DNA of 64,000 bases from Octopus vulgaris (taxonomy: Eukaryota), in assembly GCA_951406725.2 (NCBI GenBank), contig OX597815.1, forward strand, positions 75,888,001 through 75,952,000. Direction: 5' to 3'. The position numbers were made by a program, and so were the translations under genes. Shown piece by piece: positions 10,082 through 22,993 of this stretch. Under the pieces are notes generated by a model. The model did no database searches, had not been told where the DNA came from, and saw only the letters and a list, made by a program, of their open reading frames with translations. Position 1 is the stretch's first letter. Each line of letters starts with the position of its first letter.

Positions 10082-13000
10082 TTAATTTTTAGAAGTATGG
10101 ATTAAAGTTTCATTACAACTCAGATATGTCACAGACGTATTTTTGTCAAACTTCAGTTTCCAAACGTCAAGATAATGAAGAGAGTCTCAAATACTGATAT
10201 TTTCTTTGAAGAAATGATTGAAACTTCAGACTTTTTTTTTTGTTGTAAATATTATCTGTAAGTTGGAAAATAATTTCTATAACTATAAAAACCTGAGGAA
10301 GAAAATGTTTTCCTCTTTGCTTGTCATATAGGAATTTGATGTACCGTTTTTTGACAATATTATAGAATAATTATTTATTTTACAGATTTTATTTTCTTTG
10401 CTGTACAGTTAAAATACCTCTGACTTATAGAATGTGAATGCTAAATTCAATGTCTCCCATGGAAAGTTTGAGGCTGTGGTTTCATTATATTCTACATTAA
10501 GAAGCAGATGCATACATGCAAACAAATACACAAACATTCATGCAAATATGCATTCATGGATACAATTTTATTGTTTGTAAACATCAGTAAGTACTTAAAA
10601 CAATTCAGTCTACATCTGGTGCCTCTTGTAATTGGTTGAACTAAAAAGGCGGTGAATGTCATCACTGTGCCATATCCTGTACCGCCAGTTAACAACTACA
10701 TTACTCTGCTGTAACTCTGATTTAGGTTTACTTAAACATCATATCCTACAATTAATTGAAGCCTATAAGTGACAAATTTTATTTGATTTATTTCTGAAAC
10801 ATCATTCAACATTTTTCCCTTCCATTCCAGCTTTTTTTTTCTAAACATTTAACCAATTAAATCAATACATTTCTATAAATATACAAGTCAAATTTACTGT
10901 TGTTTCTCTTCGTTTTTATTCAGTACTCTTCAGTGTGTATATATTTTGTATCATAGAATATAACTTAAAATTGTTTTTTAACATTCCACTTTAAGCAAAC
11001 AAAAGTTGCATCAACTGACTCTGTACAATTTAATTTTGATCATAAAGCTTAATATTTTTGTTTAGATATATTACTTAACTAAACACAATATCTAGACCAG
11101 TACTTATAACCCTGTTACCAGTCTGGTGGCACCAAACAAGAAAATCTTACATTTCAAGGCTTTCTATGTAATATGCAGAGTAAATCCTCTTTATTGACAA
11201 AAGAGTTTTGTGATTTAATTGTGCAGCATTTTGTTAACATATTATTTAAAGCATGCATATGTCACTTTAACCATTACTATCATTATCATCCATTCTCAAT
11301 GCTGGTGTGGGTTGGATGGTTTCACATCCAACAAGCTGCAGGGCTGCATTAAGCTTCAACATGAGCTTTAGCATGGTTTCCTGTAATTTAATTCTGTATC
11401 TTCTCTTGAAGTATTCCATAATAATATTACATATGTTTGTTAAGTGTTCATTCAATCAATGCTGATATATATATGATTGATCAAGTTTTCATTTCTCATT
11501 ACAATTCTACATTTCTATCCTGATTTCATGCACTCTAATATGTTTTATGTTTCCATCCTTATCAGTCTCTGGTGTGTTATTCTATGTGGATCAAGAACAA
11601 CATAAAGGCTACAAAGAAAACATTCTGATGACTTTGACAGCTTTTCACATTCTACTGGTGGGGTTAGTAGAATGCCACTTTGACACAGGTCTAGGGTTGA
11701 TCAACCTAAACTGGGTAGCCTGGATGAGGGTGTGGTGTATGTTATAAGAGCCAAAACACCCAATGATTCTAAGAGACAACTACACTAACGATGTATTCAG
11801 GTATTGCATCTGTAGATGTATATAGAACTGGTTAATTACTTTCTCTGATAGTATAATTAAAATAGCCATCAGTTTCAACATCACTACTCTAAGATCTATG
11901 ATGGCATGCTACTCAGAAATATCAAATACATTTCTCTGTTGGCACTTGCATAATTTTACGACTGCAATTGTTATTTTTCACTGTTATAGTTTTCCTAAGA
12001 AATTTAATAGAATGTCTTTTCTCTTCGTGAACATATAGCTATATATTCACTGTTACCAGGGTCAACTTGACCTTTCATCCTTCTGGTGCCAATTTAATCA
12101 ATTGTACCCATCTTCTAAAATGTGTGATCTTGTACCATGTTAGAAATCCTTATTTTCTCAAATAGTCTACTGAAGTGCTTATGTAACACTCTGTTTATGG
12201 TTTTAATATACCTATGTAATATTTTTTAAGGTATGCTCTCCCAAGAAAATTACCATTTGTAGCTGACTTTTATATCACAATTAGTGAACAGTAAGCCAAT
12301 TACTGGTGCACTGCATTTATGATGGTGAAAATGACATGGGAATGTCTAACACGGGGTATTTTTATTTAAAAGACCCAGTTTTTGTGGCCAGTGCTTCCAA
12401 CCCAAGCTGGCATGGAAAATGAATTTATGATGATGGTGAGAAATATCTTTGTATTTAGTTATTAGTGAGAGATTATCAGTCGGGGGAAAATACGTTATAA
12501 GCTCTCTGTTAGTACACCAGGCTAACAATATTGTTTAAATTAGTGAAGAACTCTGCATATTCTTATGAGAAGGTCTGAAGTTATAGTTCATCACCATTCT
12601 ATATTGTAAATCCATGGTTGTGTTCCAGTTATACTGTTTTTTTACACAGTGATATATGAGGCAAGGTATTAATAATGGTCATTGCATATTTCTTTATATA
12701 GATATACATGCACTGAAAAGTGTTGGCATTAGGAAGGGGATCCAACCATGGCCAAACCTGACATTGGAGCTCAACATGGTACTACATCTTACTAGATCCT
12801 GTTAAACCATCCAAGCCATGCCGGCATGAAAAATGGGTGTTAAGTGTTGATGATGATGATGACACATGACATGGTTTTGTCAGACCCCTTTAATTGCACT
12901 GAGAATATGGCTTTCACTCTTGTACAAGCATCAGTGCTATCTGTTAGGTGTGGGTTGAGAGTCTTTTAGGCTTGCTGGTCACACATAAACTGTAAAGCAG

Positions 13001-13974
13001 TTGGTGCTTGGTATTAGAAAGCCTTAGAAACCAAACCAAAAAGGAAACCCAAGTGAAACAAGCCCCACTGACTCTAACCATCACGACCCATCTAACCCAT
13101 GCTAGCATGGAAAGCAAATGTAATAAATAAGGATGATGATGATTATATATATATACAATCCCACTTTGCAGTATTTTCTTCAAGTGCTGCACTGTAGGAT
13201 TATAACCTGATGGTTGCAAAGTGAGCTTCTTAACACAATTCTTAGAAGTTCTTTAGTTTTTATTTCTGCTCTATAAAATTGGATTTTTTTTTACACATTT
13301 TTGTTTTATGTTTGTTTTTTCTAATCTAACATGAGTTAGACAAATATGTTTTTGTGGCATTGTTTTACAACCAGATACTATTCCTGATGCTAACCCTTAC
13401 CTCTTTTTCAAGTCAAGAATCTCTTATTCCATACAGCTTCGAAAACATGAAGTGAGCAGATATGTTATTGACAGAAGTACCAACAACAACACTGCTTGAA
13501 TATCTACAATTTGTCACTCCCAGGCAACATCATACTGCATACTCTCCATTTTTAGCTCAAAAAGAGAATCCCTTTGTCTCTGTCAGAAGTTGTAGCCATA
13601 TGTTCTTATTCTAGCTTCTATTCTTTCAGAATACCCTCCACTGCTACTTCAGTCACCTAGGTAACAGAAGTTCTCAACTACTATGAGAGCCTCCAAACAT
13701 TGAAAGAATTTATCTCACAGGTGCTCTAACTACTCTTGTGCATGTGTCATTGTTTTTTGGGGGGGTTTTTTCTATCAACCTACCTGTGATCTTAGTGTAT
13801 TTATTGTGCACCCATAATTCACAGTGAGTACACCATGTGGAATTCTTCCTTACTCCTTTTCCAGTAACAGCATGGCATTTCCCTAGTGGTTACAGAGTTT
13901 TATCTTTTTTCCTACTTAACTTAAATCTTCAGTAATTTTATTCTGAGGTACATGGGAATTAAATTTTATTAAAT

Positions 13975-14525
13975 ACTCAGGAGGCTCTCTTGAGCTTGTG
14001 GATAGTTTTTGTTACCTAGGGACCAAATTAGCAGTGGAGGAGTATGTTCTGAAAGTATAGTTGCTAAAATGAGAAGAGGGTGGAGGAAGTTTAGAGTTAT
14101 TACCTCTGTTGACAACAAAAGGCTTCTCAGAGTGAAAGGCAGCTTGTATATGAAAAGCTATGCACCATAGTAGTGAGATGTGGGCCATAAATGTAGAGGA
14201 TATATGAAGACTGTTGAGGAATGAAACTCATGTGCTCCGATGGATGTGCAGTGTCAGTATGCATGCACAAGAAAGTGCAAACATGTTGAGAGAAAAGTTA
14301 GGCATGAGAGGAATCAGATTTAGTATGCAAGAGGGACAACTATAATGGTTTGGTCATGTGAGTGATGCACATTGATGAGGAACCTGTATAAAAAGAAAGT
14401 GCCAATCACTTAAAGTTGATGCAACCTGCAGAAGGAGACCTAAGAAGACATGGAATGCAGTAGCGCTTCGTGGAGATGACAATGAACCAAGATGTCTGGT
14501 GATATGAGGTTCTTGAGAAGACCTG
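13975..14525 (+). mobile_element. Degenerate RTE-type LINE, RT C-terminal fragment
   Basis: Similar to the 33085-33756 element (VDSFCYLG, SE.WA, MLRWMC.VS, GRP.KTW remnants), with stops and frameshifts. An inverted fragment lies at about 13545-13695. Confidence 0.7.
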
Positions 14526-16501
14526 CTCACCTCAACAAAACTAAATCTAGAAGCAGTGTATTATGTGCTCTCCACATGTAACATTAATCTCCCCCACTCC
14601 CCAATGAACCTTGCTCACCTTGTCCAATACTTTGTATCACTCCACTTACATTCTCCTCCATGTACCTTGAGGGTATGTTGGGGCACATCTTCACCATCAT
14701 CCTCTCTCTCTGACTATGGTAGCCATGTCTCTCTGCTACAGCAAGACACCCATTTCTGTCCTAACATGGCTTAACTTCTCATTACCTTACCTGGCACAAA
14801 GCCACCTCCTTCAGTTGAGGGGTCTTTGTCATGGTCTTGCATATTACTTGCTGATCATGCTAGTGCAGCATAAAAAGCACACAGTACACACTGTAAAGTG
14901 GTTGGCATTAGGAAGGGCATCCAGCCATAGAAAGCAGACAAAAACTTGGCACAGTCTTCTGGCTAGCCAGTTCCCATCAAACCATCCAATCCGTAACAGA
15001 ATGAAAAACTTGTTAAGTGATGATCCATCTCAATTCTAGGTTTCATTTTCACATCTAGAATATCTTCCCTAAATTCCCTACATACTCTTATAAATACAAG
15101 GTCATCAGCATACAGGGTGTTCCCATAGACAACTTGACACTTCTGCAATCCAGAGTACCTTATGCCTCTAATCATCTTATAGCAAAACCCCTTGCTTTCA
15201 CTTTTTTCCTGTGCTATGTAAACTTGTTTTACTTTTAGCTATTTGGTATTACTCTTTGTTGGTCCTTTTCTTCCAGTCAGATTTCCTTTCAAAGCAGTGG
15301 ACTAAAACTGAATAGTGCAAGTCTGGCACTGCTATTACTGCCAGCTCAACACTCATTATGTTCAAAATATTCATTACTATGAATGGGACCAGTTATCTAA
15401 GAATCCTGTGATCATCATCATCATTAGTTTAAAATCCACTTTTGCATGTGTCAGGCAGAATTTGTTACGGTAGTTTTTCTATGGCCAGATATCCTCACCT
15501 GTTCACTGGCAAGGTAATATTTCCTCACAAACGCAAGTTTTTCACAGAAGACTGGAAACAAAGAACATCACTTGATAATGCTCGTTTGCAACTATTACTT
15601 GACATCAAGACAAATACACATGTACAATGTACTTCTTTCAGTTTCCGTCTACCAAACGCACTCATAAGGCATTGGTCAGCTCACAGCTAAAGTTGAAGAC
15701 AATTGCTGACGATGTTATACAAAAGTCACAATGCTGGAAAGCAAGTTTCTCAACCACAGTCACATCTGCGCCTACATGGAGAAATATTTATCTTTCATGT
15801 TCAAGAATCCTTTTTTTTTTCCTCAAATTTTCTAATTATAAGGAATATTTTAATTATTTTACATTTTTCAAACTATTGGATGATCTGGAAAAAAATAATG
15901 TCAACTTCTTGACATTTTATCTCTGGTATGTAGAGATGCTGGAGCAAAAGCAAACAGATGTATGCTTTGTACACATCTCAGAGTCTCTGCCAGACTTGTC
16001 ATGACCAAGGAACGAAAGTACATATTTTCTGGATCAGTGGAGTAGGTATTCTTTTAACTAAGAAATAGATAAAATAGTTGAGGTAATCAGAGTATGTGAT
16101 TGTCTACTACTTTGGTAGACATGGCCAACACAACAGTGACATCTCTACATATGTACCACAATCAGGGCTTACAAATAGAAAGACTGCTTCTTTGAAACCA
16201 CCCAGCAGGCTACCTTGAGAGTAAATTACATCAATCTCATCATTGCAGGTGGCAAATTTAATGGAGATATGCAGGTATGATTGTGTGGTTAAGAAACTTG
16301 CTTTCTGACCACATATCTTTGGGTTCAGTTCCATTGTGTAACACTTTGGACAAATGTCTTCTACTGTAGCCCTGGACCAACCAAAGCCTTGTGGATGAAA
16401 TTGAAAGTAGCCTGACATATAGTATATATATGGATGTATTTATACATGTATATATATATATATACATACATAAGTAGATATATGTATAGGTAGGTATATA
16501 T

Positions 16502-17290
16502 TTGATCATCCCATAAATAATGCGTTTTTGTTCAATTGCATGAACTAAAAGTCAGAGGGGGACAGGATAAACTACCTGCATCAACTTGCTATAAAAGTAG
16601 GTAGTAACTTTACCTTGTCCTTATTCTTAGTGCTAGGTTTGAAGAGTGCAGTTCGATTTTAACAGTTATTTTTTCAAAGCTATAATGGAAGTCACAAAGG
16701 AGCATATTTTGGTTTATGAGTTTAATAAGAGCAACTACGCAATGGAAAGTGCAAGGAATATTAATGCAGTATATGATTGTACAATAAGTGTAAGCCAGTG
16801 TCAATGGTGGTTCCAAAAATTCCAAGCCAGAAACTTCAACCTAGAAGATATGCTTCATCCTGGGAGATCTGTAGAGTTTGACGAGGATATCCTACAAACT
16901 CTGGTAGTAGCAGAGAAGCTTGGATTTGGTCATTCAACCATTCATCGACACCATGCCATCGGAAAAGTCAGCAAATTGGGTCAGTGGGTTCCTCACAAAT
17001 TTCCAAGTCTAATCACGTGCAGAGAGTGAATGTGTGCTCTTTGCTGTCATGTCTCACAAATGAACCTTTTTTGGACCAAATAGTGACTGATGATGAGAAA
17101 CAGGTTCTCTATAAAAATGTCAAGTGCCAAAGACAGTGGGTAGGGAAAGGAGAAACACTGGCACCCCAGGCTAAAGAAGGTCTTCATCCATGTAAGATAT
17201 TGTTATTTGTTTGTTAGGATATGAAAGGCTTAGTCCCCTTTGAATTTTTAAATCCAAACCAAATAATAACAAAGGAAATCTACTGCGAGC
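16502..17290 (+). mobile_element. Mariner element, 3'-truncated, transposase pseudogene
   Basis: 5' TIR-like TTGATCATCCCATAAATAATGCG after TA. Broken ORFs carry HTH, WVPH and IVTDDEKQVLY (first catalytic Asp region) motifs. Confidence 0.85.
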
Positions 17291-17734
17291 AGTCCTGGGT
17301 TTCCTAATTTATAACATTTTTTACCTATTTCCTAAGTGAGCCATATATTGACTCACTCAAGACTTCTCCAACCAATTAATATTTTACGTGCATAACACTT
17401 CACATATGGAATACTTTATTATATACATGTGAATGTGAAGTCATTCCCTGGTGAATAATGTATCATTCAAATAAGATTAGTAACTTTTGAATAAGAGCTA
17501 GACAGACCCAGAGACAAGATGGTTTGGAGAAAGGAAGCATGGAAGCTGAAAGAGCCTTCAATTGAGTGTAAGCTCAGAGAAAAACTAGTTGATACATATC
17601 ACAAGTTAAAAATTCTGATTTTATTATAGGTGGAAGTAATCTACCATATTGTTTACAATACACTGACCTTACAAGTAAATTCAGTATATTTTATATTTGG
17701 CTTCATGGCCTTTAATTGTATATTGTTTTTGTTT

Positions 17735-17948
17735 TTTTTTTTGTTTTTCCAGTTTCAGCTCTTGAGCTGTGGCCATGCTGGGGCACCGCCATTGTGGTGA
17801 AAGAGTACAGCAGGGATCACCACCCCCTGCCGGAGCCTCGTAGAGCTTTTTAGGTGTTTTCGCTCAATAAACACACACAACGCCCGGTCTGAGAATCGAA
17901 ACCGCGATCCTGCGACCGCGAGTCCGCTGCCCTAACCACTAGGCCAAT
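17735..17948 (-). mobile_element. Young tRNA-derived SINE
   Basis: Minus strand has A box TGGCCTAGTGGTTAGG and B box GGTTTCGATTCT, a body ending GGTGCCCCAGCATGGCCACAGC and an A-rich tail. CpGs are intact. Confidence 0.8.
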
Positions 17949-19629
17949 GAAATATATTCTGATGTAGTCAAATATTTAACATTCATGATTTGAAATTTAA
18001 ACTTTAGGGTCAATCTGATAATGGACTTGATGGCCATATCAGATTTCTCACTACTTCCTCTATTATTCTTTGCACTCAACACTAATCATCTCCTACTGAG
18101 ATGTAAGACTGCCTCAACCATTATACTCCAATTCGCTTCAGACTTTAGCAGTGGCAACACCATGAATAAACCTGCATGGACATGTTTTTAAGTTGAATGA
18201 AATTTGGATGCAGATGAACAAATAAGAAGCAAATGAAGACCACATTGTGAGATATCCATGCAGCAGAAACATATGTCGGACTGAAGTTCAACTTAGATAT
18301 GCTGTGTAAATGACTGTAATAATAAAAACTGTGTAGATGTATAATTCTCCTTATTTATTTGAATTGTCTATGTATATATATATCATCATCATCATCATCA
18401 TCATCATTTAATGTCCACTTTCCATGCTGGCATATGGGTTTGCCAGTTTGACAGGAGCTGGCCAGGCAGAAGACTGCACCAGACTTCTGTGTCTCTTTTG
18501 GCATGGCTTTTACAGCTGGATACCCTTCCTAACACCAACCACCCTGCAGAGTGGACAGAGTGCTTTTTATGTTGCATGAGCACAGACAACTGATATCAAT
18601 TCAGGTTATATACTTTATATTTTCAGGTTATATACTTATACACTGCCATAAAATTAAGGTGGATATATATATATGTGTGTGTGTATAATGTACTGTTCCA
18701 TTTCCATAGTTGAAAATTCAACAAAAAAAGTACTCCATCTAGTGAGAGATAAATATTTATTTAATGGGCACAATGCATGCATTTAAGTGCTACTAATAGT
18801 TTTATATATATTTCAGGTATTATGACGTAAGATAATAGGTATATACAATTAGTGCTCAGGTTGATTTTCTGCCTGAACTACAACTTTAAATGCAAGCAAG
18901 TTATAGCTGCCAAATGAAGATTGTCTATAGGCAGCGTTCCAGTTCAGCTGGTACAAGTATAAACATACAGATAGGCAAATAACTGGTACCAGGTCATATG
19001 ACATTTATGATTTATACATTAATATAACGTGATGGTAGAAAGGAATATTACAGGAGTTTCCACCCTTGTTATATCAATGTATAATTATGTACTTGACATA
19101 ATCTGACCTGATACCAGTTGTCTGCTTTATTCTATTACACACACACACTTATATTATTAAATAATAAATCATATGGTATACACTTGGTAGCTTACTGGTA
19201 AAATATGTTCACTTTCACAGTGTTTGCTTGGGATTTGATTAATGAGAAAGATGGAAGATTAAAGATAGAAGATAATTTATTGATCACAATAATTGCTTTG
19301 ACCCCTCTAGCATCAATCCATTATGGGTGGGATACTGAACTACTGGTTTTGGAGTATCCATCAGTGTAGGTGTGTCTCTTTAAGTGATTACCAATATGTA
19401 TATATATATATGTAGAGAGAGAGAGGGTGGATAATAATACATATAAACACACTTGGGTTTAATCAACTGTCAGTGGGATAAGCTGGAGGTATTAGATAGC
19501 TTCCATTATCTAGGTGGATGATCCAAGAGTGTAGCTGTGAGAATAAGATCAAGCTGAGCAAAGTTCAGAGCACTCCTATCTCTGATGGAAATAAAGGGTC
19601 ACTCTGAGAGAGTGACCCTTTATTTCCAA

Positions 19630-20315
19630 CACTGCTACATGGCAGTGAAACATGGGCTACGACAGCTGAGGACATGCATAGGCTTGAAAGAAATGAAGCC
19701 AGCATGCTTTGCTAGATGTGCATTGTCAGAGTGCATGTCCAACTGAGTGTAAGCATCTTGAAAGAAAGTTAGGCATGAGGCATCAGATGTGGTGTGCAAG
19801 AGAGATGACTGCACTGTTATAGATCTTCGAACTTTGAGCCTCACAGAGGCAATGACTAGTGACCAAGACCTTTAGCAATATGCTGTGCTTGAGAAAACCC
19901 ATCAAGCCAAGTGAAATCGCAGTCGGGGCTGATGCTGGTATCATGTAACTGGCACATAAAAAGCACCTTTTGAGCATTGGGCCTCACAGAGGTAAAGTGG
20001 CTGAACTCCTTTTGAGTGTTGGGCCTCACAGAGTCAATGACCAAGACCTTTGAAGCATCTTTTGAGTGTTGGACCTCTTGGAGACAATGACCGAGATAGA
20101 CTCATCAAGCCAAGAAAAACTGCAGTCATGACAGATATTGGTGTCATGCAAATGGCTCGTAAAAGAACCGTTTTGGAGTGCTTGGCATTAGGAAGGGCAT
20201 CCAGCTGTAGAAGCCATGCCAAATCAGACTGGAGTCTGGTGCAGCCTCCCAGCCCCAGTTAAACCATCCATCCCATGCCAGCATGGACAACAGATGTTAA
20301 ATGATAAGGATGATA
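19630..20315 (+). mobile_element. RTE-type LINE 3' fragment with (GAT)n tail
   Basis: LLHGSETWA remnant, internal GGGCCTCACAGAG repeats and the shared 3' tail GGCATTAGGAAGGGCATCCAGC...CCATGCCAGCATGG. Confidence 0.75.
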
Positions 20316-20339
20316 TACACATGTAAATATATATAGTGA

Positions 20340-20700
20340 TATTCTTTCACTTGTTTCAATCATTTGGCTGCAGCCATGCTGGAGCACTGCCTTTAGTCAA
20401 ACAAATTGATCCCAGAACTTATTCTTTGTAAGCCTAGTACTTATTCTATTGGTCTCTAGCCAAACCGCAGTTACAGGAACATAAACATTGGTTGTCAAGT
20501 GATGGTGGAGGGGACAAACAGACACACACACACACAAACATATATACGACAGGCTTGTTTCAGTTTCCATCTACCAAATCCACTTACAAGGTTTGGGTCA
20601 GCCCAAGGCTATAGTAGAAGACACTTGCCCAAGATGCCACACAGTGAGACTGAACCTGGAACCATGTGGTTGGAAAGCAAGCTTCTTACCACATAGCCAA
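20340..20700 (-). mobile_element. tRNA-derived SINE (abundant family in this window)
   Basis: Near full-length homolog of 51225-51613. Confidence 0.85.
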
Positions 20701-22489
20701 TTTATAGATATATGGAGAAACAAAATGTGAAAATATTCAGAATATGAACATTCAAGTATAAGCATATACATATTCATGTATTTACAGAAAAGATTTACAT
20801 GGAGTACAAAATGTACAGTAAACTAAGGGGAGAGGGCATGGTATTTCATATCAGCTCACCTGGATTTCTCTTATAGCCTTTCTTTACCCTGTGGACTTAG
20901 TCTTCTATAAAGATTTCAGAATATAAGTTCAAATCATTGAACTACATGTTTTCTATATTGAACATCTCTGGATCTCACCTGTTGACTCTGTGTGTGTGTG
21001 TGTCATCTTTGTCTTAACACTGCATGATAGTTGTAAAATGACTGTTACTGTCACACAAGCAGTGTCATTCATTTCCAATATTCTGCAAAACGTCTGGCTA
21101 CAGGAAAATATTACCTTGCTTGGGAACAGGTGAGGACTGGTGATAGGAAGGGTATCCAGCCATAGAAAGTTTACTTCAGTAAATTCCATCAGCCTCAAGT
21201 AACCACAGGAAAGTGAATGTTAAAACAATAATGATATCGGGCAATACTATGATAGCTTCTGCAGTTTGGAAGTTATGGAGAGGGGAGAAAGTATAAAAGA
21301 AAATTCAGACTCAAGGTGGTCTCTAACATGAATAATTTTACCATTTGCTGACCAATTACCAGACAAACAATCCAGCTAGAATTTGCACTCAACGTAAAAC
21401 AATAGACAAATGGTTGTGAATGTTAAGTCTTTCCCTGATGAATACTGTATTGCTCAAATAGGATTGGTAACTTTTGATTAAAAGCTAGACAAACCCAGAG
21501 ATGAGATGATTTGGAGAAAGAAAGAGCCCTCGATTGTGGGTTCAAAGAAAAACAAGTTGATATATATAACTAAAAGAAGTAGATAGAGACATATCATGAG
21601 GACAACTTTTGTGTTTCTGTATGAGCCAACCTGTTATATAGGGCTCCATACCTAGAAAAAACCAAAGTTACAATAACAATTCAAACCCAACAAGACCTGG
21701 GAGAGGAAAGCCTTCTCTCAAGAAGAAGAGATACTAAAGCAAACGAAAAGCAGTGATTCAACTGGAGAGAAGCAGAAAAGATAGACCAGAGTCTAGAAAA
21801 GTCTTCAAAGGCCTATGCTCCACATGGAGCAACGGTCTGAAGTAGTGTTTATTTTGAGGTAAATTAGGCTGCTATTTTTCCCAGACCAATTGACCTCATA
21901 ATAGCTTGTTTGTTGATTCCAAGATATCTATTTACTAGGGCCACATGAACAGCAAAAAAACTTAGAGTGGGGGACACCAGCAATGATCTAAGCATACAAA
22001 ATCCCTTTTGACATTATCAGAGAAGAGTTAGTTAAACAGGAGCACAATGCTATAATGGTGAAGCCTATAATTTTTCTGGAGCATTGTATAAGTAACAAGA
22101 GCTTCAGTAGCTTGTGGTGGTGAATTCAATATCTCTTTTTCACCTATAAAGAATGGTTTTTATGTTTCACCAAGATGGACTGAAGCAAAGATTAAGGATT
22201 TAGGCTAGCTGATGACATGATACAAATCATTGCACCTTTGGTCATTAGTTGGACATCCTATATCATCAGTAAATACAATTGAAAACTTGAAAATTTTATT
22301 TGAATTTCAGAAGGTGCTGGTGAAAATTGTGGAACACCAGACTAAAAACCTTGCCATCTTCAGATTCACTGCGTTACATTCTTTGTATGGTTAATAAAAT
22401 ATATACCTGACATGTACAGTATAGTGAGCAGTCACTCACAGGTGAGTATGGCTTAATTACAAGTATCATACTTCCGCTAATTGCTTTAG

Positions 22490-22725
22490 GTGTCTATGTA
22501 GTCGCGAGTAGACAGGTGCCTCTCGGCCTCCTCATTGATCCAGCGGAACATCCAGGGTGTCACAGCTGGAAAGAGAGAGGGCTCCACCAGCACCATGGGT
22601 TATTCTTGTGCAGCTAAGTAGACTATAGCAACGCAAAAGAATTGTCTTACTCAAGGACACAATGCGCCCCAGGACCAGGAATCGAACCCACGACCTTGCA
22701 GCTAGGTAACGCGCTTTCACATTGA
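22490..22725 (-). mobile_element. tRNA-derived SINE immediately upstream of the NDUFB8 start
   Basis: Minus-strand B box GGTTCGATTCC followed by the CORE-like TGTGTCCTTGAGTAAGACA. CpG-rich. Confidence 0.7.
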
Positions 22726-22890
22726 GTCGATTTATTCAAAATTATTCTGTAATTTATTCTAAAATTATTCTGTAAACAAAAATCATAATTCATATTTTCA
22801 TATCGAAGAGAGAAGCTGGACATCACCTTGGAACGACTTTTATAAGAGTTACTTCCCTTACAAGTAATCTCCTCGACTCCAACTAAAAAA

Positions 22891-22993
22891 ATGGCTTCGT
22901 TTCGAAGCTTTAATCGAGCAGTCTCTGCTTTTCGATCAGTTTCTTCGGTCAACCAAATAAGAAAAATACATATTGGACGTCCATTAGCTGCAT
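22891..22993 (+). CDS. NDUFB8: NDUFB8 exon 1 (mitochondrial transit peptide MASFRSFNRAVSAFRSVSSVNQIRKIHIGRPLAA)
   Basis: ATG in AAAAATGG context. Arg/Ser-rich peptide with no acidic residues. GT donor at 22994 (GTAAAG), and its phase 1 joins exon 2 in frame (T+AC = Tyr). Confidence 0.85.

Noticed and set aside
17875-17948. tRNA gene candidate
   Set aside because: A and B boxes are present, but there is no acceptor stem or terminator, and it continues into a SINE body and tail.
19270-19380. Additional hammerhead-like motifs on the minus strand (CTGATGG..., TTGATGC...AAAGC)
   Set aside because: The core nucleotides and stems are too degenerate to support a fold.
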